DNA of 64,000 nt from Utricularia gibba (lineage: Eukaryota > Plantae > Magnoliophyta): contig CM007989.1 in assembly GCA_002189035.1 (NCBI GenBank), forward strand, positions 3,844,001-3,908,000. Direction: 5' to 3'. Below, in pieces: positions 39,201-51,980 of this stretch. The position numbers and the translations under genes are program-made. Below the pieces are notes generated by a model. That model was not told the origin of the DNA and searched no databases. It saw only the letters and a program-made list of their open reading frames with translations. How positions within the stretch are numbered: the first letter of the stretch is position 1; each line of letters starts with the position of its first letter.

Positions 39201-39721
39201 CCATCAACCTTCTCAAAGGCTAAAACTCGAGGCGTGCTTTTCTCAAAGAAACAAAAAATCCAAGAGGCATTTGTTTTTTTTAATACACTGTTCCAGACAA
39301 AAATCCTGCAGAAAAAGCTCCTCAAACTTCATGAAAATAGAAAATAATGTCAATATCTGAGAGCAACCAGCCTTCTGTTCTGCCAAACGCTCAAGACTCG
39401 GTTTTCAAATATTCCAAGAGCTGGTCCTCTCACGAGTTGCTTTCTTTTTATTCAAAAATATCTTGTATTTAGAATCTTCTGTTCTCGTGATTGACCTAAC
39501 TCTGATACGTGCATGCATTTTGATAGCATTTATAGATTGAGTATTGAAACTCCACCTATTAAACAACAATGGCGATCTAGTTTCAAGGAAAAGGACCAAA
39601 CCGAAATAACAGGCATTCAAATAATCGAGCTCTCTTCATAAACGAAAGCAAAATCGCGTCTGAAATTCAGGATAATCAAAGATGCATAGAGCTTGTCCAT
39701 AACACAAATCAAAGAAACTAT

Positions 39722-41181
39722 TCAAAAGATGCGTTCGGGTTTTCCCATGGTGCTCTTCAAGTACAAGCATCTTACCTGTTGAAAACAACGCATTGTTAGC
39801 AGCTGAAGAGCTGGATGGGGTAACAGTTATTTTAGCAAGTAATTTAATTCATTGTGAAAGGTATAGAAGCCTTACGTTCTGCCAATTCTTCTTCAGAAGG
39901 GAGACGAGGAAATTAACGCTCATTTGCACGTTCTGGAAGATCTGCTTCTCCTCCATATCCAGGTTCCCAACAGCAACACCCATACAAAGAACCTTCTTCA
40001 GTTGGAATTTCACTGTAGCCTTGGTCTCATTCACCTTGGATTCCAGTGATTCCTGGTGTGTCACCAGAGTAGGGAATTTACCTGTATTCACATCGAGAGA
40101 GAAAACTTCATTGCCATAACGAACGAGAAATGAATTGGAAATCAGCGTGTAGGTAGAAAAAAATAGGCCACAGTGTGAAAAATGGAGCATCAGCATGCAA
40201 GGTGTGTAGGGAGACTGTTATAAGGTATAGGACCTTGAGTGTATAATTACAAAGATGTTTAAGTGCAACACTGTACTCAATAGGGAGCTGATGTGGAATA
40301 CATACTTACCAGCCTTATTAAGACCAGGACCAAGGAGACGTGGGATCTGCTTGATAACAGCTTCAGATGCCAGAAAAGCATGATATTTCTTAGCGAGCTT
40401 CTTCACCAGCTTCTTGTTCTTGTTCAACTTCTTCAAAGCCTCAACATCCATAGACTCCAGGCCGATTTTTTCAGCCTATAGATGCTCACAAATTACATAA
40501 ACCAAACATAGAAGCATAGCTAATTTAAAACACTTCAGAAGTCATAAAACTCTTCATCGGTGAAAGTCGTTCATAGGAAATGCAAGGATATCTGGGAAAT
40601 AACAAGTTGCATGCAACCTTAACACAGCAAAATGGAATAAAAACCCGTAAAATGAATATTCCATAAAACAATATCCATACACCAACATTGATTGGTTCTG
40701 CACGATTAACTTTACACTCAAATCTGTCTAGAGGTAAAAATAACACCGTACCTCTTCAACGTGCTGCGCATCACCAAGCATGCAGACCTTCATTTTAGGT
40801 CTTGGGATGTGTGGTAATTTGACGGAACCACTGAAGCGCTTGTCCTTTTGCGGGTCATAGTTCTTCAGTCCAATCTGCAGTTCAATTGTCTCCGTGAATT
40901 TGCGCTTCTTCTCCTTACATTGCGCCGTTATAACAGATATGGCTTCCCTCAACGCATCGCTTTGAAGTTTACTGAAAATAACAACAAAAATCAAATTTCC
41001 ATGATCAAGCTATAGAAGCAAGAACACTTAAATGTGCAACGTAAATTATACTCATCCCTCCACACAAACAATCGGTACCAGAAAAGGACGACAAAAAAAA
41101 AACAGGGAACTGCCAACAAGTTAGCCACATCAAGAACAGAACAAAAAAAAAAAAAAACAGGAGAGCCTGATCGCACCTCAT
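39722..41181 (-). CDS. RPL10A: 60S ribosomal protein L10a (uL1); probable extra 5' UTR intron near 41219-41348
   Basis: ATGAG|intron|TAAACTT gives [13 protein letters not shown]; [31 protein letters not shown]; LLKKNWQN|[17 protein letters not shown]. Confidence 0.96.
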
Positions 41182-41419
41182 GGTTCACGCCTATTTTTAC
41201 GCCTCCGAACTAGCTTCTGCAGCAATCGAAAATCAACATGAAAGCGTCATCTTAATGGACAGAAAATGAACAGAAACAAAATGCACCGAGACAAACCCAT
41301 ACAACATCGAGAAAAAGGAAAATCACAAAGTGCACGAACGAACACCTACCCGCGATTCACTTCAGGAGCAGGATCAATACACAGCTTCAGAACGAAGAAT
41401 AAATACTGCGCCGCACCAG

Positions 41420-41427
41420 AAACCCTA
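41420..41427. promoter_or_regulatory. Telo-box near the RPL10a transcription start; site II (GGCCCA) near 41495
   Basis: AAACCCTA plus site II is the established pairing in plant ribosomal-protein promoters. Confidence 0.5.
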
Positions 41428-41535
41428 CGGGGCAAGATCCGAACGACGTCCCTTTCGTGTTGGACTGGACCCATTTACTTGTTGGATCATTGCAGGCCCA
41501 TATTACACATAATATAACTAATTTTGAATTTTTAA

Positions 41536-42200
41536 GATAAAATTTGTGAAATACATTATTTTCTATTTTCTATTTGAAAAATACATATTTTTGAACTGAA
41601 TTGATGAAATACATCAATTTACATTTTTGATTTACAAAATACATCTTTAATATATTATTTTTGTCTATGAAATAAATTAATGACTCAATTAACTACATGT
41701 ACTATTTGTATGGTAGATGATTAAATATCAAATTATGTTTTCATTTCACTTTATTAAATAGTCTTGAAATTCTCCATTTACTGACATCTAATCTTTATCT
41801 TGAGTTCAGTTTCATTGAAAGAAGTTTTAGCACATAATCATTATGTCGAAAGTTTTCATCGTGTATTCTCTTATGGATATATCCTAAGACATCAATATTC
41901 TTATTTTGTGATGTATGATCGTGAGGCCGTAAATGTGCTTTTGGTTAAACCTACAATTTCATTGGAACAATTTATCAATATTTTATAGTGTGAGGGAAAT
42001 ATAGTAGTAGATTTTCGAACTATTCGCATAAAGCCAAATATTATGATGTTAACATTCACAACTTCAACTTATTCCTAATTTCGGATGAATCCGAGCTGTG
42101 GTAAGCCATGAATCTATTCAACTTACAATACAATGTGAACTCGTATATCTTAAACGATATCGTGGGTCAAAGTACTTCTATTAGTTATACCGATGAGTAC
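41536..42200 (+). mobile_element. Probable Mutator-like (MULE) terminal fragment
   Basis: AAATACAT recurs at 41549, 41579, 41607 and 41637 (28-30 bp period), like MULE TIR sub-repeats, followed by decayed coding-like sequence. No partner TIR found. Confidence 0.4.
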
Positions 42201-42745
42201 AATATTTTTAAATTATGATTTTATATTGATTTTCATATATTAAAATTAAAAATTTTGCATAATTTTAATATAAATATTATTTTTAATATATAATGATTTG
42301 CATATTTATCATATGATTATGTAATATTTTATTAATACACATATGCCTCGTTTGGTAGCATGTTATAGTTTACACGGTATTAAATATAATAGGATTATTT
42401 TATATTAAAATAAGTGACTCAAAAACATCAATCTAGTTTGGTAGAAAATTTTAAATAACATAAGATTATTTAACATGTATTTGATTGGAAGTTTTAAAGT
42501 TTGGATTATATATGATTTTACTAAAATGCCTATATTTTAATATATATATTTAATATAAAAGAGTGTGACCTTCAACTCACGCGAGAAATAGAAAGAGGGA
42601 GCGATAAATTAGGGCAAAGAGTGTTTACAAATTTTCTACCATTTTGAGGATTTTGATAGATATGCTCAGATTAAGTTAATGTATGTTGATGATTCTATTT
42701 CATATTTCGACCATGTTGTGTAGTAATTTTTTTTTTATAATTAGG

Positions 42746-44100
42746 ATGATATCAAAATCAGATCTTGCAGTGTTGTTGGTTTTGCACAAAATTTATCTTA
42801 CCTAGTTGTTGTTATTTGCGGCTATAATTGAATTGTATTTTTGGAAAAGACCTAAAAAACGAAAATATTCAATGATTGGAAGAGTTTGTGAACAAATTAT
42901 GCATCTTTGAGAAATGATTTGCATCAGTGATCTTGCTTGTTTGGACAATTTAAGAATGACAAGAAATGCTTTTGGAAGATTATGCACACTTTCGCATGAT
43001 GTTGGTGGATTGAGTAATTCTAAGCATGTTAGTTTATCTGAAAAAGTTGCAATTTTTTTGAGAGTTTTAGCTCACCATAAAAAAAAGTGCGTATACAATC
43101 TCATGATTTTAAGAGCTCTAAATGGACCATTCATTATTATTTTCATGAGGTGCTTCAAATGATTATTAAATTGCATACGCTACTTATTGCAAAGCCTCAA
43201 CCAATCAATGAAAATACTACTGATGGACCATGGAAAATTTTTTTAAGGTATGGTAGTTGTTGAAAATTCGTAATATAACAACTATATTTTATTATTTCTT
43301 CATGTTTTTGAATTTGCACAGGGTTGTTTGGGAGCTTTGGATGGAACTTATATTCAAGCCAAAGTCAATGCAAGTGAATAGGCCCCATGCTGTTGTCGTA
43401 AAGATTTTGTGTGTGTTAATGTTTTAGGCATCTGCGATATAAATATGAATTTTATATATATCTTATCGGGATGGAAAGGATTCGCAGCTGATGGAAGAGT
43501 ATTGCGTGATACTCTCACAAGAGAACATGGTTTTTAAGTTACTAAAGGTATTTATATTAATATGAAAGAATCATATTGATTATTGATATTTAAAATAATA
43601 CACTATTATACATAATTAATCATTTGTTTCATGATATTGTAGGTTATTATTATTTATGTGTCAATGGTTACATGAATTGTGAAGGATTTCTTCCACCGTT
43701 TCGCTCTATTCGAAACCGTTTAAAAGAATGGGGAGTTGGTTTTGCATCACCACAAAATTATAAGGAATATTATAATATGAGACATGCAAAAGGAAGAAAT
43801 GTCATAGAGCGAGCTTAGGGATTGATGAAGATGTGATGGTCAATTATTCGATATGCTTGTTTCTATTCAGTAAAAAAGCTAAATCTTATAATCATGGCTT
43901 GTGCTCTCATTCACAATTTCATTAGTACTGTGGACATGAATGATCCTTATGAGAGTCTGTTGGATGATGAAGCTAGTAATTTTGTGGATGGTGATGATTT
44001 TATTGAGACTCTTGATCCATCAATCACTTGGGCAGCTTCACGTGATCAATTAGCAATAATGGTCAGCAAGGGGATAAAGCTTTATCATTGTCTTATCATC
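42746..44100 (+). pseudogene. Harbinger DDE transposase, disrupted
   Basis: LRMTRNAFGRLC, EKVAIFL, GCLGALDGTYI, YILSGWKGFAADGRVL, YNMRHAKGRNVIERA, CALIHNFI; several stops and frameshifts. Confidence 0.85.
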
Positions 44101-44695
44101 TTTTGAAACTTGTTTTGACAAATCAATAGGTCATTTTGATATGTAAGAATGATGAATTCAAGTGGTTTATGTAAACTTAATTTATATATTGACAATGATG
44201 ACTTGTTTCAATATTTTTCTTTGTTATAATGGAATATTGTAATTTTTTACACTTCATTATTATTTATTTAAAGTTGTTTTAAAATGGATGTCATTCTAAT
44301 ACCAATAAATTATGGCTACGAGTGGTGATAATGGTGTGTAGACCTCACTGCTTTTATGTATTACATTTATATCCACTACTTCAATTGCTTAAAGTCATCA
44401 AAACAAATGATTAATATGAGAGATGACGATGGTGGTTAGACTTCACATCAATATCTCAATCATTAAGGGCAATTAAGATGATCATGTTCAATGTATAAAC
44501 GCATTTAAATATAATTAATCATTTAAAACAAAACACATGCTACATGATACGTGCTCACTATTAAGAGATACAAAATAAACATAAATATTGTTTTATATTT
44601 AACACTAAAAAATGGGCAAAATCATATTTTTCTAATATTCTGAAAGAAGCATCAATATGAAAATTCAACCATCAAAATAACATGAAAACTACACA

Positions 44696-45659
44696 TTAAT
44701 CTTCTTCAACATTCCCTTCATCATCTCTTCTTTATCATTATTCTTGAGGCCTAAAAATATATGAAGAGTTTGTTGATCTATCAAAATATGTTTCGCCACC
44801 TCAACATATTACGTCCATATGAATAGACATATGTTCTAAAATCGTAACTACTTGCATCTGCTTTGCACCAAAATCATGCTCATATCCTATTCTCGCAGAA
44901 AGTTTTTCAATTTGGGCTACTTGACTCTTGACACCATTTGCAATAATAGTTATTAAATCTTTTGCTGGATTAATACGACATCTTTTATTCTTATCTCCTA
45001 CATGTGATTCATGACTTCAAATCATGCATGTTTTCAAATGACCTTGTATTTTCTTTATTCACTTCAGCATCCATATTTTCAAATTGATCAAAGTTATCAT
45101 CGAGGTGCAAATCTTGAGAGATATTAGTTGATGCAGAATACAAGTCAGTAACCATATATCCTGTAGCCCGATCCTTGTAGAATATCTCAACTCAATCAAT
45201 ATAATAAAGAAATGATTTTTCTCTTACTTTCTCTGCATTAAATATGACCTTCAACTCAATGAAAATTAGTTTAGATAATAGAAAGTTTTAAATAAGTAAA
45301 TAAAAAAATTACTAACCTTAATCATTTCCTCTCATAATTTATTTGATGCTTCTATGGTCTTTGATGAGTCATTCCAACAAATTCTTGACTTGACCAACAC
45401 ACAAGTCAAAGCCATATAGCTTGATTTACTGCCATGAATCTTTGACTGAATATGGGGTATTGTATGCAAGTTAGAATTTGGCATATGCCTAAGAATTATT
45501 ATCTCTTGCAAATAACCTGATTTGAACCCATTTTCAGATTTCCATCCGGCAGAAATAATCTTCTTCATAGCTTGAATTAATAATTTTTCTTTAGAAAATG
45601 ACCATGAACGTCATTTTCCCTTGCTGATCTCGATGTTTCTTTCCTTTTGCTGCCTTCAT
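44696..45659 (-). pseudogene. Harbinger Myb/SANT-like ORF, disrupted
   Basis: RSWSFSKEKLLIQAMKKIISAGWKSENGFKSGYLQE...PHIQSKIH. Confidence 0.8.
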
Positions 45660-46435
45660 TCTGTGTCATCAAATTTCGAACTGCTTAGCTACACACGAAA
45701 ATATGTGAGGCCAATAAAAAGAACTAACCCTAATTTATTGACAAAAAGGGAGGGAACAAATATGATTATTGGAGGGAAATTTTTTTTTGTAAAATAAAAG
45801 GATGTTTTTGTCTTTTATTATCATGAGATTAATAAACTCATGTGGTAGATGAGTTTGTGTTTTACTATAAATAGCGTGTTAAATAAGAAATTTTTTGGAA
45901 TATATAATCTACAATGTTATATAACATTATATACCAAACTAATGATTATAATGTGTTATTTAATATAATACCATCTTACACCTTCTATCAAACGAGCTCA
46001 TAATTTATTAGATTCATAATTAAGTTATCATTATATTAGCATGCATCATGTTAATATTGATGATAATATTTATTTTTTGATAATGAATAACTTAAAATAT
46101 TTAGATAATTAATTTTAAAAACTAATTTATTATTAATATCAATTATAAAATTAATATGCATAATTAAAGAATAATTATGATGAAAATAATAATTATAAAA
46201 AAATTATAAAATGATTTAAGAATTTTCGTAATAAAATATTGATATAAAAGTATAAAAGATTTTAAATAATAAAAAGTAAAATTAAAAACTATGTGTTATA
46301 AAAGTCAAATAAATGTGAATATTAATTTGAATGAAAAGAGTTGGGATCAAAATAAAAAAAAAATATTAATTCATTATAGTAAGGGAGGTAATTTCCATAA
46401 TTTTACCTAGTTATTCATTTTCCTAATAACTTTTC

Positions 46436-47270
46436 ATGAATAACATCACCAATGACATTGCAATTGATTCCAGAACAATAGTATTTCGATTCGGAATACC
46501 ATCAAAATTGGTACAAATCACTTTCATCGTCCTACACAATAAGATTTTGACTCGTTCAAATTTCTACATCCTCAAGCCACTAGAGTGTATAACACATATT
46601 CTTAACACCTGCATGCTTTTGTGATTATCATGTGCATGCATGACCATCCGAGCCTCATTATGTAAACGTAGCTCTCTCAACGACCACATGGAGGAAGATG
46701 AAGAATTTTCAGAATACGGCAGCGATGACAATTTGGATTACATTACAGATACTATCGAGAGTGACTCTGATGATAACTTCAACCCAACACAAGTGGAGGT
46801 GGCTATGGAAATGACCATATTGCATGACTTAAACATAGGTGTTGTGCTTCCTATTGGAGCAGATGATAATGATGAAAACCTTGATGACTTGGAATAAGGT
46901 TCTTCCACAGATTATTTCAATCAAATCCCATAGAAGGATACACAATAGACGGAGGAGATATATCTATGTGAAGGTATGCATTTTAATGATAAGTAAAGTC
47001 TCATAGATGCAATAGTGAGATATCATATCTTGATGGCACAATGAGAGTCAAGATGTATAAGATCGACAAAAAGAATTATTTCATCTTCTATTAATAAACA
47101 GAAACAGTAATTGTTCATTTGAGCAGCACATGAAACCCAACCAAAAGACGAGCACCTTGAGGATTACAGTAGTCGTGAAACCACATATCTATGATGTGAT
47201 TGATTCAATGGGAGTTGATCATCATGCCAACCTATCAATTAGATTCATGGACTGTAATTGAAATCCACAC
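46436..47270 (+). mobile_element. MuDR-type transposase fragment, decayed
   Basis: Acidic linker (EEDEEFSEYGSDD...) followed by EGMHFNDK*SLIDAIVRYHI and a VKPHI...DHHANLS segment resembling the MuDR domain. Confidence 0.6.
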
Positions 47271-48295
47271 ACTAATCATTCGTACACCTATGGTCTAGGT
47301 TGGGCTGTATGTGCCGTCTTGGCTGGGCCACGTCTACTATCTTGGGTAGACGACGTCTACCATCTGCGGTGGGCCATGGTGATCGTTTCGAAATGGGTTG
47401 ATAAAGCCTTCCACTATCACAATTCTTCCAAATATTTTGTGGGTATGGCATTTCGATTTGTTTGGTGCTCCATTCAATTGAAAAGAGACGAATAAGAGAG
47501 AAGAAGGTGATCACAAGTAGAATGAAGATTTTGAATCAGAATTTGCGGTTGTGTAAACGACCTGAGAGCATCTTTCAGTTGAGCAAATGTGAGATACTTG
47601 AGGCCAATGGCCTCCCATGTTTGTTTGTCTAAACAAACTTGACATTTTCATGAGCTTTCTAGCAGCCTAGGCATTCTGTTCTATGGGCCCCTCTGCGTAG
47701 AAATCCCATCTGTTCACGAACTCTGGAGGCATCTTCATCTGATCAGCATGTGAAGGTGCACACAGTGAGACTAGCTGCAATTTTAACACCAAAGATCCCC
47801 TACGAGCTGAGGAAATAGCACATATGGGAATTGCAATTTTGGGTGCTCGAACCCCATATCAATTGCCAGCAATCTGTTTTTTTCTACCAGTACCGGACAA
47901 CATGGCAGATAAAACAGATGAATTCAGAAAGCCATATTCTGTTTCTTGTCTGATTCCTAGCTGCGGGACTGTTGTGTGAGAGAGCTATCATCTGTTCTGA
48001 TACAGATATGGCTTCCCAGACGTTGATAGGCCAGAAGGGCTCTTACAGTTGGCAGCTGCATCATTAGGCAGAAATGTTACAGAGCTCAGAAGTCCTCCAG
48101 AGGCACAGGGAGCGGCACCCTCTGATTCAACAGAAGCTCTATAATGAACCTCAAAATCCACAAGTCCTCCAGAGACACATCTCTAATCTCAACTTAGAAA
48201 AAGAAATGTCCAATTCATTTCTCTCTCAGAATACATCTTTTTTTTTACAAGGTACAATCAAACAATGTTGCTTAAGCTAGTGGTGTATGTGTGAC

Positions 48296-49453
48296 TCAGC
48301 GATGGATGGTGACTGAAGGAAGCTTGAACCTGTCTGAAATGAAAGGTATTGCCTGCGGGTTCTCCATTAAATCCTCATATAAATCATACTCTGCTTCATA
48401 ATCATGCAACGAAAGCTCAGCTTTTTGATTGGTATGATAATGGTGTCTAGCAGAGACTGACTTCCCATATCCAAAAATGCTCACCTTCTCGCACATCCCT
48501 ACAGCCAGCATCACCGCCTGCATCCCCGACGAGTAATGGAAGTTAACGTCGTGCAGGGTGGCCCATTCGCCGGGATCTTTCCCGGAAACTGCCATGAACC
48601 TTTTCACTGAGTAGTACTTGACAATTCTTGCGCAAAGAACATCAAAACGGGGGTCTGTGATAATCAGTGGAGCTTTGTGGGAAGAATTACAGATGATGAA
48701 ATCGAAGAAGTGTGCAGGCTGGCAGATGTACATGACCATGGAGACATTTTCACCGTATGGATGGCAGGAACAGTCGGCTCTGCGAGCACACAGATGAAGA
48801 ATGTTGCTGTTGACGAAAGAGATGCTGGTTTTAGCTCCGACATTGCGTTCAAAGCCTCTCGTTCTTGCATTGTTCAGGCGAATTACAAATTCGTGGCTAT
48901 CAATCATCTTGCCATAGTCGTCGTTCAAGAGAATCCCACTGTTTCCGACAACAGCGCAGCTTTTGTATTTTCCTGTAACGTTTACCCCGGCATGGTTAAC
49001 GATCAAAACCTTGATTTCTCTCACCAAATCCGACAAAACATCTGATCGGAACCTCCTATTCCTCCACCAATCACCTAAATGCCTCCGAAAATTCAACCAG
49101 AGGCGGTAAAATTCCGGCGACCTGAGCTGCATAGGAACCCCTCTGATTCCTCTCACTTTCAATCTCAAATCTGTTCTTCCAGAAGCTAAAAACGATCTAT
49201 GCCGCCCACGGGAAAAGTAATTCCACTCCATCAAATCCTCGATCTCTTGCTTCAATCTGGGCTCACCCGCTTCAATGGCGGCGAAATCCAAAAGGGTCTT
49301 GTTAAACACATGTTTCAAACGGGCTTGCGCACTCGGGACCCGGGATTCCAACTGAGAGCATCTAGATCGATCGAAGAGGAGTCCGAAGCCTAAGGTTGCT
49401 GCAAGTAGAAAAAACAGCAGAAAGCCATAACGGGGGCGGAGAGCGTGCTTCAT
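48296..49453 (-). CDS. GALT29A: GT29 sialyltransferase-like protein (GALT29A-like beta-1,6-galactosyltransferase), intronless
   Basis: Type II membrane anchor; sialylmotif L (SCAVVGNSGILL...IDSHEFVIRLNNA), S (SSGMQAVMLAVGMCEKVSIFGYG) and VS (HDYEAEY). Confidence 0.9.
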   Translation of the reverse strand: MKHALRPRYGFLLFFLLAATLGFGLLFDRSRCSQLESRVPSAQARLKHVFNKTLLDFAAIEAGEPRLKQEIEDLMEWNYFSRGRHRSFLASGRTDLRLKVRGIRGVPMQLRSPEFYRLWLNFRRHLGDWWRNRRFRSDVLSDLVREIKVLIVNHAGVNVTGKYKSCAVVGNSGILLNDDYGKMIDSHEFVIRLNNARTRGFERNVGAKTSISFVNSNILHLCARRADCSCHPYGENVSMVMYICQPAHFFDFIICNSSHKAPLIITDPRFDVLCARIVKYYSVKRFMAVSGKDPGEWATLHDVNFHYSSGMQAVMLAVGMCEKVSIFGYGKSVSARHHYHTNQKAELSLHDYEAEYDLYEDLMENPQAIPFISDRFKLPSVTIHR

Positions 49454-51980
49454 GGCGACGGAATATCACATCGCGAATTCCAATTTCTGGGGAAACATCC
49501 ACAGATTGCGCAAGAACAAAGAGCAGCTCAATCGCGAAAAGGAACAATACCCATATGCGTACACCATGTGCCGCTTCTGGGTTACTCCAGATCTACCCAA
49601 ACGTCTTCAAGAAACTCGTTAAACACAAGCCGTTGGGCAAAAGACGGGATCTTTCAAAAGGGAATCGCCTCATCTGACGAGGTGCTTCAGATAGCGCAGT
49701 GTGGTGTGAAGTGAAATGAGTGTACTTTTTCATATACATTAGATTTGAATATCTTGGTGGGTAGTTGAGCATTCAAATCCCCATGAAGACTCCTTCATTG
49801 ACCTAAACTCCTTATATGCCGTCAACTAAGCTGCAGTTCTCTCTCTATTTTTAGAATTTGAATTATAGTATGGAGTTGGATGCTCATTCCAACTTACAAT
49901 CAATATAAATAAATTAATGATCAAGTTTTAAAATTGTGTCATAAGTTTTTCAACTTGTGTTTTTTTGAATAATTTATTATTAAATTTATAAAATTATCAA
50001 AACTGTTATAATGATGCATCATATAAAAGTAAAATGTAAATGCGATATAACTATTATCACTTTGAATCATATAAAATTCAAATATGATATAATCTTAACA
50101 AATGTATTATTCGATTAATCGAACTAATACAAAAAATTCTAATATGAAATTTTATTAAGTTTGAAACCAAAACAGTTCACAATATTGCAAATCAATTCAT
50201 TTTTTAAAAATTTTGAAAATTATTTTAATCTTATTTCCATGATATTTCCTCATAATTTTTTCTTTAATTATATTATGTAAGTTATCTAAATATAAATAAT
50301 TTTAATCCATTTGGATGGTTGGATTTGACAGGACCATGGTTCCATGATGGACAGGGCGCACATGCTGCCCAATGGGATCCTCGGAATGTTGGTCACCAGT
50401 AGCCTCCTCCACAAGAACAAACGAGTATGTTTTCCTGGATTGAATTTCAACCATCAGTTTTCTTGCTCTTTCCTTCCCGGCTGCAGCCTGACGGCATATG
50501 GAGCAGATCCCAATCAGCTTCTCAGCGGCAGTTTTTGATTCCGATGGGCTTGGCAAGCAGCCAAGAGCAGCAGGCCTCAACACAGACAAGAGCAGTAGCA
50601 GCATTGGGCTCTGCTGCACAGATCAACCGCACACGAGTGCAGTATCTCCATTGTGGGAAGAATTTGAAGCTCGCTCGCAGCCATGTCGAAGTAAATTCGG
50701 GGCTTCCTTGGCAAGCTCTGTTGCATGTGCACGGGCAGAGATGACAGGAACAGAGGTAATTGCATTCATTTCAACGTTTCTTTGCATAGCCTGTGAGTAG
50801 TGAAGTTCAAGTTAGCACGTTGGCTGAGAGCTTTTCCCCATCATACAAATACCCATTATTCATGCACATTTACAGAGGTACTAAGAGATATCCACCAGAA
50901 ACACATTGTTGATGCTCTTGAAGTGTATTTGTTTACCAAAACATGGTTGGGCATGCTAGCAGAAGCTTTAAATACAGAAGAAGGCTACATTGGTGAACTA
51001 TAGGACCAGCATGAATGATATTATATCAACATACAGTTTCAACGCCTGTTCATGAGTAAGAAATGGTGCTGTTGTAGTAACCAATATCCTAATGAGGAAA
51101 TTCATCGAACAACCTGTGGGCATTGCCAACAGTGACAACTGCCTACCAAGGCTTTCAGCGTCCTGTAGCTGCACACAACATTCATAGCAATCTTTGACAG
51201 GATCTTGTTCGAGAAACACCTTGAATAAACTTCTCATTCTTTCACATGCTCGCATATAAAAATCATATACTTTGTTTCACCCATCCGCCAATGTCTAAGT
51301 AACGGGTTTTTTTACTGGGCATCAGGGCTTTCTCTTCCTTTTCTTTATTGATCGTCCAATCAGCCCGCTTCTAGGCGCGACTCTGGTTACCCTACTTACC
51401 GTTTTCAGGGCCACTTTTTTTTTTTTTCAGTCACCGCGAACTCGTCGGTTGAATCTTCTTTGATTAACCCATCGCGCTTTCGCATCCTGAAATCGGGTCC
51501 CTGGTCTTTCACCCTTCTTCTTTTAAGCTTCTCCACTATATTTCAGGTTTTGGGTGTCTGTTCTGTGCAAAAAATGGCGGTTTTTGGGCCAAGATAGATA
51601 CTTCATATCCTGCCTTTGGGAAAAAGAGTCCTTTTTTACATCATGCATTCTGTCCCAAACTAATGTGAAGCTTTTTCAAGCTGTGGAAGATGATAGTAGA
51701 AAAACCTAGTTAGATTAGGCATGGAGGCACCCAGATTTTCTCCATTGATATTCAAAGAGGAGGACTCAGGTTCGCCACTGGAGGTGGTGATCATAAGGTA
51801 CGCTTCCGTTTGCTGAATAAATAAATTTGGAGGAATCTGAATTGGATAGTGAATCCCAGAAGTGAACCTAGATGTCGATGTAGTTACGCCCCTGTAACAC
51901 TCCACGTGAAGTCAAACTATCTTTATGTTTTGTCTGCGTTAGCCCATTTTTTCATGTTTGTGCTTATGAAGTTAAACGTC

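Larger units (their letters stand above)
42344..45999. mobile_element. PIF/Harbinger DNA transposon, decayed, two convergent ORFs
   Basis: Imperfect 15-bp TIRs (TGCCTCGTTTGGTAG; reverse complement of the right end GAGCTCGTTTGATAG), ATA on both flanks; contains a DDE transposase and a Myb/SANT ORF. Confidence 0.85.

Noticed and set aside
49760-49785. ATTCAAATCCCC resembling a tRNA/SINE B-box
   Set aside because: No A-box, cloverleaf or tail.
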